Of a stretch of 64,000 bases of DNA, positions 9,991-19,532 are shown one piece after another. The position numbers and the translations under genes are program-made. The number at the start of each line of letters is the position of its first letter. Positions within the stretch are counted from its first letter, which is position 1. The notes under the pieces were generated by a model. The model saw only the letters and a program-made list of their open reading frames with translations. It was not told the DNA's origin and did not search any database. Source of the DNA: Alphaproteobacteria bacterium (GTDB lineage Bacteria; Pseudomonadota; Alphaproteobacteria; Bin95); assembly GCA_965205265.1 (NCBI GenBank), contig CBDBGH010000003.1, positions 4,192,001 to 4,256,000 of the forward strand, in the 5' to 3' direction.

Positions 9991-10423
9991 CTTCGCCATC
10001 TCCCGCCGGAGCGATGTCGTATTCCAGCATCAGCTTGCGACCGACGATTTCGCGCAAAGGCGAGTTTTCCGCGTCCATCCGCTCGAAAAGCCGCATGACC
10101 GCTCTTGCGGTCCTGTCCGTCCCGTCGGCCTCTGCGCGTTCCCGGAAAAATGTCGCCGGTCCGGTTCCGCTCGCAAGGGAGACGCCGAAATCCGCCTTCG
10201 GCCCCGGTTCATGCAGCGGCAGTTCGAAGCCGAACGGAAGCGCGCCCATCGTGATGGGAAGCTTCCCGGCGCATTCGAGGACGAGCTCCCATTCCGGATT
10301 TCCGATGAGCACCGGCGAAATCCTGCTTCGAAAATGCCCGAGCAGGTCGCCCATCGTGCCGCCCTCTTCGGCGAGGCGCTCCTGGGTAAGCGCGACGGCT
10401 TCGTCGATATCCATCTTGCCCTC

Positions 10424-12778
10424 TCACGCAATGACGGGGGCGGGATTCAGCCCGGCTTCGGCCAGGGGATGCGCGCGGCGGCCCATTATGACAGGCACGT
10501 CATACAGGCGCCCCGGCGCGAACCTTGCCCAGAAATGGCGTAGGCCCGGCACGACGACCCGCGCAACAGGCATGCCGATATCGGGCCGGGTCTGGTCCAG
10601 CACCAGGAATTCCATGCCCCTGGCTTCGACGAGCGCACGGCAATGCTCCACATCTTCGCGCGTGTCCGCCGTTTCGACCGCCGGATACCGCGAAGCCTCG
10701 CGCAGCGGCTCATCCGCCGCCGGCGCCAGCCAGGAACACTCGGCGAGCCGGGCGGTCTTCCACCACCGGAGCGCCAGCGGATCGTCGATCATGGGCCGAC
10801 CGCCGGTCCTCCCCGGACGCGGCAGCCAAGTAAGGCACTGGTTCAATTCGCAAATCGCGCGCAAGGCCGCCACGCACGGGTCGGCATGGGCGCCCGCGCC
10901 GTAAATGATGTCCTCGGTGCGGGCGTCCGGCCTGCGCGAGATCGCGACGAAGGCGGGAATGCCGAGATCCGAGGTGATGTCGAGCATCCACAACTCGCGC
11001 TCATATCCGGCATAGCGGTCCGGGGCGGATGCGAGATACTCATCGTCGAAGCTGGAAAGATCGACCGCCGGCGCCCGCAGGCTGTTGTACCACCAGATGG
11101 CGAAGGCGTCCCGCTCCGCCAGCTCGTAGAAGCCCTGCATGACGGCTTCTTCCAGGGTGTTGCCGGCAGCGCAGCCGTTGGAGTCGGCGATCAGATCCGC
11201 AGGGCCACGCTGTTCGGCCGGCATGCTGTAGAGCATCGATGTCGGCAGATAGCGATGGCGCTGCTGCGTCAGCGACCACACCGGGGTCCAGTCGATTTCG
11301 GCATCGGGGTCGAGACGCGGCGGCACAACATTGTAGGGGTGTCCTTCCGCATTGATGCTGTCCGCGTTATCCAGCTGTCTTTCGCTGAACAGTTGCACTG
11401 CGTTCGGATGGACCGCCTCGTCCTCCACGGCGAAGTCGATGAAGCGCCCGCGGCGGCGGATCTCGTCGCCGGCGCGGGCGCCCGAATAGCGCTCGATCGC
11501 TTCGCAGAGGGCGCTGACCTCGGATTGCTCCCTTGTGCTGCCCTTGCCGGCGCTCTTGCTGCGCAGGCTTCGCCGCAGCGAACTCAGGCTCCGGCTTTTC
11601 ATGCCGTGATTGCCGCCGGCCCAATAGACATGCAGCCAGGGGTCGGCCTCGTCGGTCGTGCGCCTGAGCCAGGTCACGACCCCGCTCACCGGGCTGACAA
11701 GGTGGCGGTATTTCGCCAGGGTCGCTTCCGGCGCCACGCTGCGCGCCCCGCCGCTGTTGCGATGGGTCTTGGGACTTGCCTGCAGGGACAGCGGAACCGC
11801 CGGCCGGTCCGGGCGGTGCAACGCCTCTTCGCCGCAGGCAGGGCATTGCGGCCGGCGCATGACCCGGTGCTGCGAGCTTGCGAATGTGCCGGTATTCATC
11901 GCGACCGCGTGGTCGTGAATCGGGGCCGCCTCGTCCAGAACCAGCCATTTGACGATTTCGGCCGCGATCAGCCCGTACAGCCCTTCCAGAACCGCGGGCT
12001 CGGCCGCGAACGGCTTGAACGCGGCCTCTTCGCCGGCAAAATTGCGCAGGAAGCCGTGGACTTCCTCATGGCCGCGCAGGCGGTGGGCCAGACAGGCCCA
12101 GCAGGGTCCCTGCCGGTCCGCGCGGAAGACGGGGCCGAACAGCGCCTCCATGCCCCGAGGCCGCAGCAATGTCCACGCCGCTCCCGCCTCGAGCTGGCGC
12201 CGATTCACGTCTTCGAGGCGCGCGTCGAGATAGTCGTCGCAGACGATGACGGTGAGTCCGGGCTCGCCGGTCCCGACCCCGGCGCCGGCCTCTTCCAGAC
12301 GCCGGGTGAGCCGGCCGTCATCCCCTTCCACCGCGATGCGCGAGGCCGCCAGCCGTTGCTCGACCCAGCGGGGCGAAGCGCCGAGCGACGACCACCAGGC
12401 CGCCCGGTGCCGGTCCATGCCATGATCGCCGGAGACGACATAACCCCTGGCGGAAAGCGAACCGACCGCCGCGAGAACATCGGCGGCGGTGTGGACGCCC
12501 TCAAGGGCGGCGGCGATTTCGTCCTGCGGGCGCCGGCCGTCGAGCAGCGGCAGCAGATCGCAATAGAGCCTGCCATGCAGCAGGGTATTGAACGACTCGG
12601 AAACCAGAAGCGCCTGCTGTTCGCCGATTTCGTGGAATTGCAGGTGGGGGGCAAGCGCGGGAAGCCTGACGGCACCCCGGTCCGCAGAAGTCGTTCCGGT
12701 CAATATCCCCCGCCGGGAATTCCTGTCTGTCTGCACTGGCATCCAGGATTTCCGTTCCGGACCGGCCGGCGCCTTCAT
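10424..12778 (-). CDS. Fused leader-binding/E1-like-YcaO cyclodehydratase (TOMM type, SrpC-like)
   Basis: GPCWACL and CPAC in the E1-like part; YcaO motifs SAGKG, SALCEAIERYS, SNGCAAGNTLEEA..GFYELAERDA, PVARVVVPGL and C-terminal NPAPVIA. Start taken at the ATGA overlap with the upstream gene. Confidence 0.92.
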   Translation of the reverse strand: MKAPAGPERKSWMPVQTDRNSRRGILTGTTSADRGAVRLPALAPHLQFHEIGEQQALLVSESFNTLLHGRLYCDLLPLLDGRRPQDEIAAALEGVHTAADVLAAVGSLSARGYVVSGDHGMDRHRAAWWSSLGASPRWVEQRLAASRIAVEGDDGRLTRRLEEAGAGVGTGEPGLTVIVCDDYLDARLEDVNRRQLEAGAAWTLLRPRGMEALFGPVFRADRQGPCWACLAHRLRGHEEVHGFLRNFAGEEAAFKPFAAEPAVLEGLYGLIAAEIVKWLVLDEAAPIHDHAVAMNTGTFASSQHRVMRRPQCPACGEEALHRPDRPAVPLSLQASPKTHRNSGGARSVAPEATLAKYRHLVSPVSGVVTWLRRTTDEADPWLHVYWAGGNHGMKSRSLSSLRRSLRSKSAGKGSTREQSEVSALCEAIERYSGARAGDEIRRRGRFIDFAVEDEAVHPNAVQLFSERQLDNADSINAEGHPYNVVPPRLDPDAEIDWTPVWSLTQQRHRYLPTSMLYSMPAEQRGPADLIADSNGCAAGNTLEEAVMQGFYELAERDAFAIWWYNSLRAPAVDLSSFDDEYLASAPDRYAGYERELWMLDITSDLGIPAFVAISRRPDARTEDIIYGAGAHADPCVAALRAICELNQCLTWLPRPGRTGGRPMIDDPLALRWWKTARLAECSWLAPAADEPLREASRYPAVETADTREDVEHCRALVEARGMEFLVLDQTRPDIGMPVARVVVPGLRHFWARFAPGRLYDVPVIMGRRAHPLAEAGLNPAPVIA

Positions 12779-15171
12779 GCACGCGAGTGGAGCGCATCGA
12801 TCGCGGCGGCAGCGCCGGATGCGGTTTCGGCCACAGCCGCGGCCAGCGCCTCGAAATCCTCGTGCCCGCAAGCGCCGGCGACAAGCGACCTGACCTTCTG
12901 CCCCGCCGCCGCTGGGTCAAATCCGTCCTCGCCGACAAGGCATATGACGCCCTGCAAATCCCGCCACAGGGCCGCAGCCTGCGCCAGCGACTCGGCGCCG
13001 GCAGCGTCGAACACCGCTGCCGCACTCGGGGCCGGATCGTCGAGCCCGCTCCCCGCCTGCGTCAACTGCAGCACCCGCGCCGCCCTCTCGACATCGTCCA
13101 GCCCACCGCGCATCCGGGCATATGCGGTGAGGCCCGTTTCGTCGGGACGACCCGCCGGCTCGCGCAATCCGGCGATCAGAGATTCGTTCGAGCCGCATTC
13201 GGCCAGCAGCCGGCGCTGCGCCTCGGCGAAGCGGCCGCCGATTTCGGCGTCGCCGCACTCGAAGATGCAGCGCGCTCTGGTGAGGATGGGAATTTCGCCG
13301 GCGGCAGGACTCCCGTAGCGCGCGGCCAGCTCGGAAAGCGGCAGCGCATGAAGGGAGTCGAAACCGGGCGGCACCGGGGAGAACAACAGGCTGTCCTTCG
13401 CCAGCTCGGTCACGGCCTTCCGGAAACCCCGGCACAGACGTTCGTTTTCACCGAACTTCCAGCTGTCATTGACGAACAGCATGTCGATTGCGATGCCGGG
13501 ATAAACGTCCCGGCTGGCGAGGTCGCCCAGGAAAACAGCAGCGACCCCGCCCGCGCGCAGCGGTCCGGACCGGTCGACAAAATCCGCGACCACGGCTGCC
13601 AGCACGGTTGAAACCGACGCTTCGGCCAGATTGGACAGCGCCGTCTTCGCCTCGCCCGGAGACAGGTTCCCGCGCACGACATGCATGCCGATCTGGAACG
13701 CCTTGTCGTTCGACCAGTTTCGCACGATCTCCGCCGATTCCCCTGCATCGGCCGCCGGCAATTCGGCGATCAGCTCCTTCATTTCCCGAACGCCCATTTC
13801 GCGCGTCCAGTAGAGCCTCGTGAGCCCGCGCCGCGCGATCGACTCGTATTGCCGGTCGGGCCCGAATCCTTTCGGCAGGTCGAGATCGGTGAACTCCCGA
13901 TCCTGCAGGTTGTCGAGAAGCTCGGAGTGGCGTTCGATCCATGCGGCAAGCCGCGGGGCGGCGCCGAAGATTTCGGCTATCGCATCGAAGGCGTCCGGCC
14001 GCGCCGCAGAAACCGCGCTGTCATAGGCGCTCCAGTCGTCGATGTCGGGATAGAAATGCCGGCGCCATTCATCCACCAGAGGATCCATCTTCGCGAACCA
14101 GCGCTTCGGCCGCAGCACGAGGTTCATCATGTCGCCATAGGTTCCCGGCAATTCCGGCGATTCATCCGACCCGCGAACCTGCAACAGCGGATAGTGCCGC
14201 GCGGCCATGGCGTGATGGTCCGCGTGGCGCTGCATGTTGAAGAACATCCAGTTGCTGAACTTCCAGTCGGCGCTCCAGGAATGGCGCGGCATCACCTTTT
14301 CCCAACGTCCGTTCGGCAGGCGAACCCGGCGCAGGCCGTAATGCTGAAAGTAGTTGCTGATCTTCATGGAAAAGACGCAGCACAGACCGAGAAAGGCAAA
14401 GACCGGCACCGCCCAGATCCCACCCATCCAGAACACCACTGCATACCAGAACGCCACTGTCAGACCGTAACGCCAGAACGGATTGCTGTAGTGCCACATG
14501 GAAAGCTGCCGCCGGGCCAGCCTTTCGCCCACGACTTTCCAGGAATTGGTGAGATTGCTTACAATTTCCTTAGGGAAATACTTCCAGAAACTTTCGCCCT
14601 TCGGCGCGGACCCTGCATCATGCGGCGTTCCCACCATGGCATGATGTATATAGACGTGCTCTGTCGCATATTGCGGATAGGACGCCGAGGAAAGCAGGAA
14701 TTCTCCAAGCCGGCGCTCCCAGACAGCGCGCCGGTGGACCAGCTCGTGTCCGACCACGAATACCGCTTGCGCTTCCATGGTCAAAATGATCGCCAGCAGC
14801 ACGCTTTCCCAGACTGACAACTGATTCGCGACAAGAATCTGCCACATGCCGAAAATGAGAACCGGCGGCCATAGAATCGCCCAGGTCCAGACAGGAAGAT
14901 TATGCCATAACAGGCGGCGTTCCGACGTTCTTGCCGGATCCATACTGCGTCCGTCGCGCCCCAGAACCCGATCCAGCGGTCCCGCGACGCTCATGAAGAG
15001 AAATGCGGGCAACAACCACCAGCCGCCATGGATCGCGGCCAAAACAATCAACGGAAAAATACCCAGCGGCAGATAGTGCGGAAGGGCGTTCAGGATCGAC
15101 GGTTCGATCCGCCACGCCAAGCCAGCTCCGTTGGGGCCCGGGCTGACATTTGCGGAGGCATCTTGCGGCAT
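12775..15171 (-). CDS. AlkB-like membrane diiron oxygenase/desaturase fused to a degenerate GlnE-like nucleotidyltransferase domain
   Basis: His boxes GHELVHR, EHVYIHH, NYFQHYGL, MQRHADHHA. C-terminal half has GlnE-like ALSNLAEA, AVFLGDLASRDVYPGIAIDMLFV, LTRARC, RGGLDDVE..LQL. Confidence 0.8.
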   Translation of the reverse strand: MPQDASANVSPGPNGAGLAWRIEPSILNALPHYLPLGIFPLIVLAAIHGGWWLLPAFLFMSVAGPLDRVLGRDGRSMDPARTSERRLLWHNLPVWTWAILWPPVLIFGMWQILVANQLSVWESVLLAIILTMEAQAVFVVGHELVHRRAVWERRLGEFLLSSASYPQYATEHVYIHHAMVGTPHDAGSAPKGESFWKYFPKEIVSNLTNSWKVVGERLARRQLSMWHYSNPFWRYGLTVAFWYAVVFWMGGIWAVPVFAFLGLCCVFSMKISNYFQHYGLRRVRLPNGRWEKVMPRHSWSADWKFSNWMFFNMQRHADHHAMAARHYPLLQVRGSDESPELPGTYGDMMNLVLRPKRWFAKMDPLVDEWRRHFYPDIDDWSAYDSAVSAARPDAFDAIAEIFGAAPRLAAWIERHSELLDNLQDREFTDLDLPKGFGPDRQYESIARRGLTRLYWTREMGVREMKELIAELPAADAGESAEIVRNWSNDKAFQIGMHVVRGNLSPGEAKTALSNLAEASVSTVLAAVVADFVDRSGPLRAGGVAAVFLGDLASRDVYPGIAIDMLFVNDSWKFGENERLCRGFRKAVTELAKDSLLFSPVPPGFDSLHALPLSELAARYGSPAAGEIPILTRARCIFECGDAEIGGRFAEAQRRLLAECGSNESLIAGLREPAGRPDETGLTAYARMRGGLDDVERAARVLQLTQAGSGLDDPAPSAAAVFDAAGAESLAQAAALWRDLQGVICLVGEDGFDPAAAGQKVRSLVAGACGHEDFEALAAAVAETASGAAAAIDALHSRA

Positions 15172-15247
15172 GGCAGCTTCCCCGGCGAACCGGGGCCCCT
15201 TGCATACCGGTTCATATTACCACCGGGCAAGGAAACCCGCAAATGCC

Positions 15248-16579
15248 TCAGGTCTTCAGGACTTTGAGGAGGCAGTCCAGAGCCTCGATGCAGAACGCGG
15301 ACGTCACGGCTTCGGAGCCATGCCCTATCTGCCCTACGGTCCCCCACTTCAGCGATTGGTCTCCGAACGCCAGAAGCTCCGGCCAGCTACCGTCGCCTCG
15401 CTGCGAATTTACGAATCTTTTCAGTTGGCGTTTTCCGTCAATGCTTTCAAGCTTTCCAATATTGTAAAGTGCCGATACTGCCTGCGCCGCCTGAAGAACA
15501 TTGACAAACTCTTCCCTTTCGTCGCGCAATCCCAGAATTCGTTCAGCAAGAATCGGGCTTAGTTTATCGAGGGCCGGCCGCGTGCGAGCCACCGCACGCG
15601 CGGTTGCATAGTAGATCGACACCTCGTCGGGATACCATTTGGATGAATCCCGAGCCTGGCCTTCGGTAATCAATGTTTCCAGCCATCGTTGAGCGTCCCT
15701 TGTTTCAGGGCGGTCACCGAGATAGGCGATGACATTCGCATTGACGACGGGATCGGCTTCGAGGCGGAAACGCGACACAACGTCAGGTTCGTCCCCGGCC
15801 AGAATCCAGGTCATGAAACGACCGTGATCGTCACGGTTCTCCAATATTGCAGGCAAGTTTCTTTTCAGAAGAATCCAGGGATGATCTTCGATAACAAGCG
15901 AACAGAGTGTCGTGCTGTCGAGGTCCTGAGGCAGATGGCGGTAGTAGCGCCACAATCCAGGATATTCGATGGTGTCGCCGATATAGGCTCTGGCAGCATT
16001 GCACAGGACCCTGGCCCGCTCATCGCCGCAATTTTGCAGGGCAAGCGCGCAGAAGGCCGAAACGAAGGGCGGTCTTTCGAAATGCCGCGGAATATCCGGG
16101 TCGGCCATGTTGAACCGGATGCAGTGCCAGGCTCCGTTTTCGTCGATAGCGGACTCCAGGAAAGCGAGACCGCGGCGGATGCTGTCCCTGCCCGCAGCGG
16201 CCGGCGCCTCGGGGCCGGCGGCGCTCGTTCCGGCCCGCTCTCCGTCGGGCAGGGGAGGACGACGCGGCGGCGCGGGGTCGTGGAGCGTCCTGCGGAGAAA
16301 GGCAAGCGAGGTCGCCCCGGTTCTCGCTTCCTCCCGTTCCGCCGCGGTGAATTTATCGCGCGGCGGCAGAACGATATGCGTCGCCGCGTAGGTTTCCTCA
16401 TGCACGTGAATTTCATGGCCTTCGGCCAATGTCACGCCGAGTTCCTCTTCGATGGTCTTTCCGGGGTCGGCGAGAAGGCGCTCCCGAAGACCGTCTTCGC
16501 CGCCGGCCCGCGACATGAGGTCTTCCAATGCGTCAACGGGTTTCTTCACCGATGCATTCCATTTTCCCGAACCCTGCAA
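15248..16579 (-). CDS. NHLP-leader-fused class II terpene cyclase / prenyltransferase-squalene oxidase repeat protein
   Basis: Residues 1-88 are NHLP-leader-like; the rest has PQDLDSTT (DxDD-like), DPVVNANVIAYLG, QRGDGSWP (QW motif) and GSEAVTSAFCIEAL. Start codon uncertain. Confidence 0.75.
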   Translation of the reverse strand: MQGSGKWNASVKKPVDALEDLMSRAGGEDGLRERLLADPGKTIEEELGVTLAEGHEIHVHEETYAATHIVLPPRDKFTAAEREEARTGATSLAFLRRTLHDPAPPRRPPLPDGERAGTSAAGPEAPAAAGRDSIRRGLAFLESAIDENGAWHCIRFNMADPDIPRHFERPPFVSAFCALALQNCGDERARVLCNAARAYIGDTIEYPGLWRYYRHLPQDLDSTTLCSLVIEDHPWILLKRNLPAILENRDDHGRFMTWILAGDEPDVVSRFRLEADPVVNANVIAYLGDRPETRDAQRWLETLITEGQARDSSKWYPDEVSIYYATARAVARTRPALDKLSPILAERILGLRDEREEFVNVLQAAQAVSALYNIGKLESIDGKRQLKRFVNSQRGDGSWPELLAFGDQSLKWGTVGQIGHGSEAVTSAFCIEALDCLLKVLKT

Positions 16580-16589
16580 TCTTTCCCGG

Positions 16590-19532
16590 TCAGGCGATCT
16601 GTCGCCTGACCAGCTCCCTGAATACCCCGTCGACCTCCATGAGTTCGCTGAAGGAACCGCTTTGTACGACCTTCCCGGCCTGCAACACGTAAATGCGGTC
16701 GGCCTGTTCCAGCGTCGACAGGCGGTGCGCGATGACGATCCGGGTGGAAGTGAGCGCGGTGAGATTCCGCATCACTTCCGCCTGGTTTTCGTTGTCCAGC
16801 CAGTTGGTCGCCTCGTCGAACAGCATGATCCGCGGGCTGCCGATAACCGAACGGGCGATCGTGACGCGCTGGCTTTCACCGCCCGACAGGACGGTCCCGC
16901 TGGTGCCGACCATGGTCATCATGCCCATGGGCATGCCCCTGATCTGATCCTCCACTTCGGCGACCCGGGCCGCTGACCATACTTCGTCGCTCGTCACGTC
17001 CTCGTGGTGGCTGACCAGATTGTCCCAAAGGTCCTGGGGATGAAGGCCAACCGATTGCGGCACGGCGCCGATTTTCCGGCGCACCTGCTTCAGGTTCAGG
17101 TGCCTGAGGTCGCGTCCGTCGTAATACACCGCTCCTGCGGTTGGTCGGTCGATTCCAAGGGCAAGCCGGAACAGGGTGCTTTTGCCCGACCCGGATTCGC
17201 CGGCAATGGCGATGAAGTCGCCGGTACGGGCATGGATCGTGACGTCGTCGAGAACCAGCGGGCCGTCCGGGTCGTAGCGGAAGGAAATGCGGTCGAACAG
17301 AACGTCGCCGCCCAGATGTTCGACCGGTTCCCCCTTCACTTCGGTATCGGGAACTGCGGCCAGCAGGGGGCGTATCCGGGCGAACGCCGGGAGTATGGCG
17401 GCAATGGCGCCGAAAGACTCGCCGAGCCGCCCGACGGCGGACTGGAAGGCGATGAAGACGATATAAACGACGAGAAAATCTCCGACCGGAAGGGCCCGGT
17501 CGCCCACCGTGGCCGCTGCGAGGAGCAATACCCCGCCGGCAAGAAAAGGAAGCGCGGCGGCGAAGGCCCGCGAATGCGCCTCAAGCGCATCCAGCTCGAT
17601 CTCCGCGCGTTTCTGCGCGCGATAATCCCGCGCCCAGATAGCAAAAGCCGATCCTTCCGCGTTTTCCACACGCAGCTTGGCGATACCGCCCACGATCTGG
17701 AACAGCCGGCCGGATACGCGGCGCGCTGCGTCGATCATCCGCCCGTAGGGCGAAATCTGGCGCAACCCAAGGACGACCGCGACCAGCAGCGAAACCAGGC
17801 TGAAGACGAGGGCGACGATGCCGAGGGCGGCATCGTAGAAGAAGATGACGGCAAAGACCGGAAGCAGAAAAACGATCGACAACAGGCTGTCGGCCACCAC
17901 TCCCTGCAGGCCGTCCCGGAGATTCTGGAACGTCATTCCCGACATCGCCAGATCGCCGGCCGGATGGCGGTGCAGCCGGCTTGGCGGGAGGCGCATGAGC
18001 CGGTCCCAGAAAGCAGCTTCGACCCTCGACGCCGAGCGTCCTTCAAGCCGCATCATTGCCGAGCTTTGAAACAGATGCAGCAACGCGCCGAGCATGCCGA
18101 ACCCCGCGACCGCCAGGGCCACGGCATAAAGCGTTTCGGCGTTTCCGCCCGCCGCTATGTGATTCGCAACGAAACCGAGCGCAATTGCCGGCAGCAGCTT
18201 GATCAGGCCGCCCGGAAGCCCGGCAGCGACCAGCCGCGCCAGATCCCCGGCCGATCCATGCAGGGCGATTTTCAGCAGGTCCGCCGGTTTCACGTTCCCA
18301 GACGGCAACGGCCGGTAGAACATCCAGGCTTCCTCGGCCAGCGCGCCGGCGCGTTCGGCCGTCATCCGGGTGCTGCGCTTGCTGACCGGGTCCACTTCCT
18401 TGTAGCGCCCGAACATTCCCGGCAGCAGCGCTACGGGCCGGCCGTCCTCGGCGCGGAAGCCCAGCATCGCATTGCTGTCGCCCCGCCACCAGTCGCCCTC
18501 GTCCCTGAACCGCACGCGCCGGGCGCGCACGCCTGACGCATGGAGAACGTCAACCAGCCCGACCGGCGGGGCCGAAGGTCCCGAGCGCGCAGGAATCCTG
18601 AAATCGATGCCTTCATGGCGGCCGACGAGTTGCAGGGCATCGGCCAAAGCGGTGTCCTCGACATCGGCATCCCGGTCGATCGGCAGGTCATAGATATTGA
18701 AAAGCCGCTGCCGCGCAGCCTTTTCGGCCGTGTAGCGGCTGGCGGTCCGTGCGCGTTCGAGGTTCGCATCGTCGACCACGGCCAGCCGGCGGTTGACCCG
18801 TTCCAGGGCGAAGGCGACCGCATGAAAAGAGGCGAGCGCGCGGAGCAACTTGCCCTGCTGCGCCAGGGTTTCCGTCGATTCGCTCGAAAGCGTCGCTTCG
18901 TCGAACAAATTGAGCCAGCTTGTCCGTGTCAGCGGCATCACGGCTTCGTGCGGACCGCCCGCCTCGGCAAGTTCCGCGTGGTCCACAATACCCATGAACA
19001 GGCCGGCGCCACGCGGGGGCTCGGATACCCATACGACGCCGCGCCGGACCGACAGCGTGCAGGGAGCCAGGGTTCGTCTCGTACCGGGCTCGGCCAGCGC
19101 CGTCGGACGCGGCAGGCGGCTTGCGAAACGTGAAAGCGAGTCGGTCACGGCAGTCAGCCAGGTATCGGTCTGTTCCGCCAGGTCTGCCGGACGGACCTCG
19201 GACAGCAGGGATGCCGGCAGGCGCCTCAGAACGGTGCCCGGCGATCCTTTGGCAATCAGGCTGAGAGTCGTGTCTTGCTCGCCGGCTCCTTCGTCCGCCG
19301 CCACGCCCGGCAGCAGCCAGCCCGCTTCCCGGCGCAGCAGATGCTGCGGGGCCGCCTGGTCCACCCCGTCCCGCAATTCGACCAGGAACAGGTTGACGGC
19401 GCCCCGATCGATGAACCAGACGCTTTCCGGATCGTCGAGTTTCACCGGCGCGTTGCCGGCGCAGGGCACGGATGTGCCGGAGCGGGCCGCGAGTTCGGCA
19501 ATCGATGCGTATTCCGGGCCTGGGTCCTGCAT
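16590..19532 (-). CDS. NHLP bacteriocin export ABC transporter, permease/ATPase subunit
   Basis: 980 aa; SGVRARRV..WWRGD..PVALLP; Walker A GESGSGKST, LSGGESQR, FDEAT, IAHRLST. Confidence 0.9.
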   Translation of the reverse strand: MQDPGPEYASIAELAARSGTSVPCAGNAPVKLDDPESVWFIDRGAVNLFLVELRDGVDQAAPQHLLRREAGWLLPGVAADEGAGEQDTTLSLIAKGSPGTVLRRLPASLLSEVRPADLAEQTDTWLTAVTDSLSRFASRLPRPTALAEPGTRRTLAPCTLSVRRGVVWVSEPPRGAGLFMGIVDHAELAEAGGPHEAVMPLTRTSWLNLFDEATLSSESTETLAQQGKLLRALASFHAVAFALERVNRRLAVVDDANLERARTASRYTAEKAARQRLFNIYDLPIDRDADVEDTALADALQLVGRHEGIDFRIPARSGPSAPPVGLVDVLHASGVRARRVRFRDEGDWWRGDSNAMLGFRAEDGRPVALLPGMFGRYKEVDPVSKRSTRMTAERAGALAEEAWMFYRPLPSGNVKPADLLKIALHGSAGDLARLVAAGLPGGLIKLLPAIALGFVANHIAAGGNAETLYAVALAVAGFGMLGALLHLFQSSAMMRLEGRSASRVEAAFWDRLMRLPPSRLHRHPAGDLAMSGMTFQNLRDGLQGVVADSLLSIVFLLPVFAVIFFYDAALGIVALVFSLVSLLVAVVLGLRQISPYGRMIDAARRVSGRLFQIVGGIAKLRVENAEGSAFAIWARDYRAQKRAEIELDALEAHSRAFAAALPFLAGGVLLLAAATVGDRALPVGDFLVVYIVFIAFQSAVGRLGESFGAIAAILPAFARIRPLLAAVPDTEVKGEPVEHLGGDVLFDRISFRYDPDGPLVLDDVTIHARTGDFIAIAGESGSGKSTLFRLALGIDRPTAGAVYYDGRDLRHLNLKQVRRKIGAVPQSVGLHPQDLWDNLVSHHEDVTSDEVWSAARVAEVEDQIRGMPMGMMTMVGTSGTVLSGGESQRVTIARSVIGSPRIMLFDEATNWLDNENQAEVMRNLTALTSTRIVIAHRLSTLEQADRIYVLQAGKVVQSGSFSELMEVDGVFRELVRRQIA

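Larger units (their letters stand above)
7234..10414 (-). pseudogene. Putative ABBA-fold peptide prenyltransferase (about 373 aa when reconstructed), interrupted by IS copy 2
   Basis: Joining 10414-9848 to 7788-7234 restores one frame. Motifs FGFELPL..ADFGVS, LMLEYDI, FGVFPSR..IRL and C-terminal IHHIKLV..AKAYVF. The disruption is seen directly; the fold is inferred. Confidence 0.6.

Noticed and set aside
10643-13318. Long antisense or alternate-frame ORFs (891 aa here; also 36461-38827, 44661-47003, 52146-54887)
   Set aside because: They are shadow ORFs of high-GC coding DNA overlapping well-supported genes and carry no family motifs.
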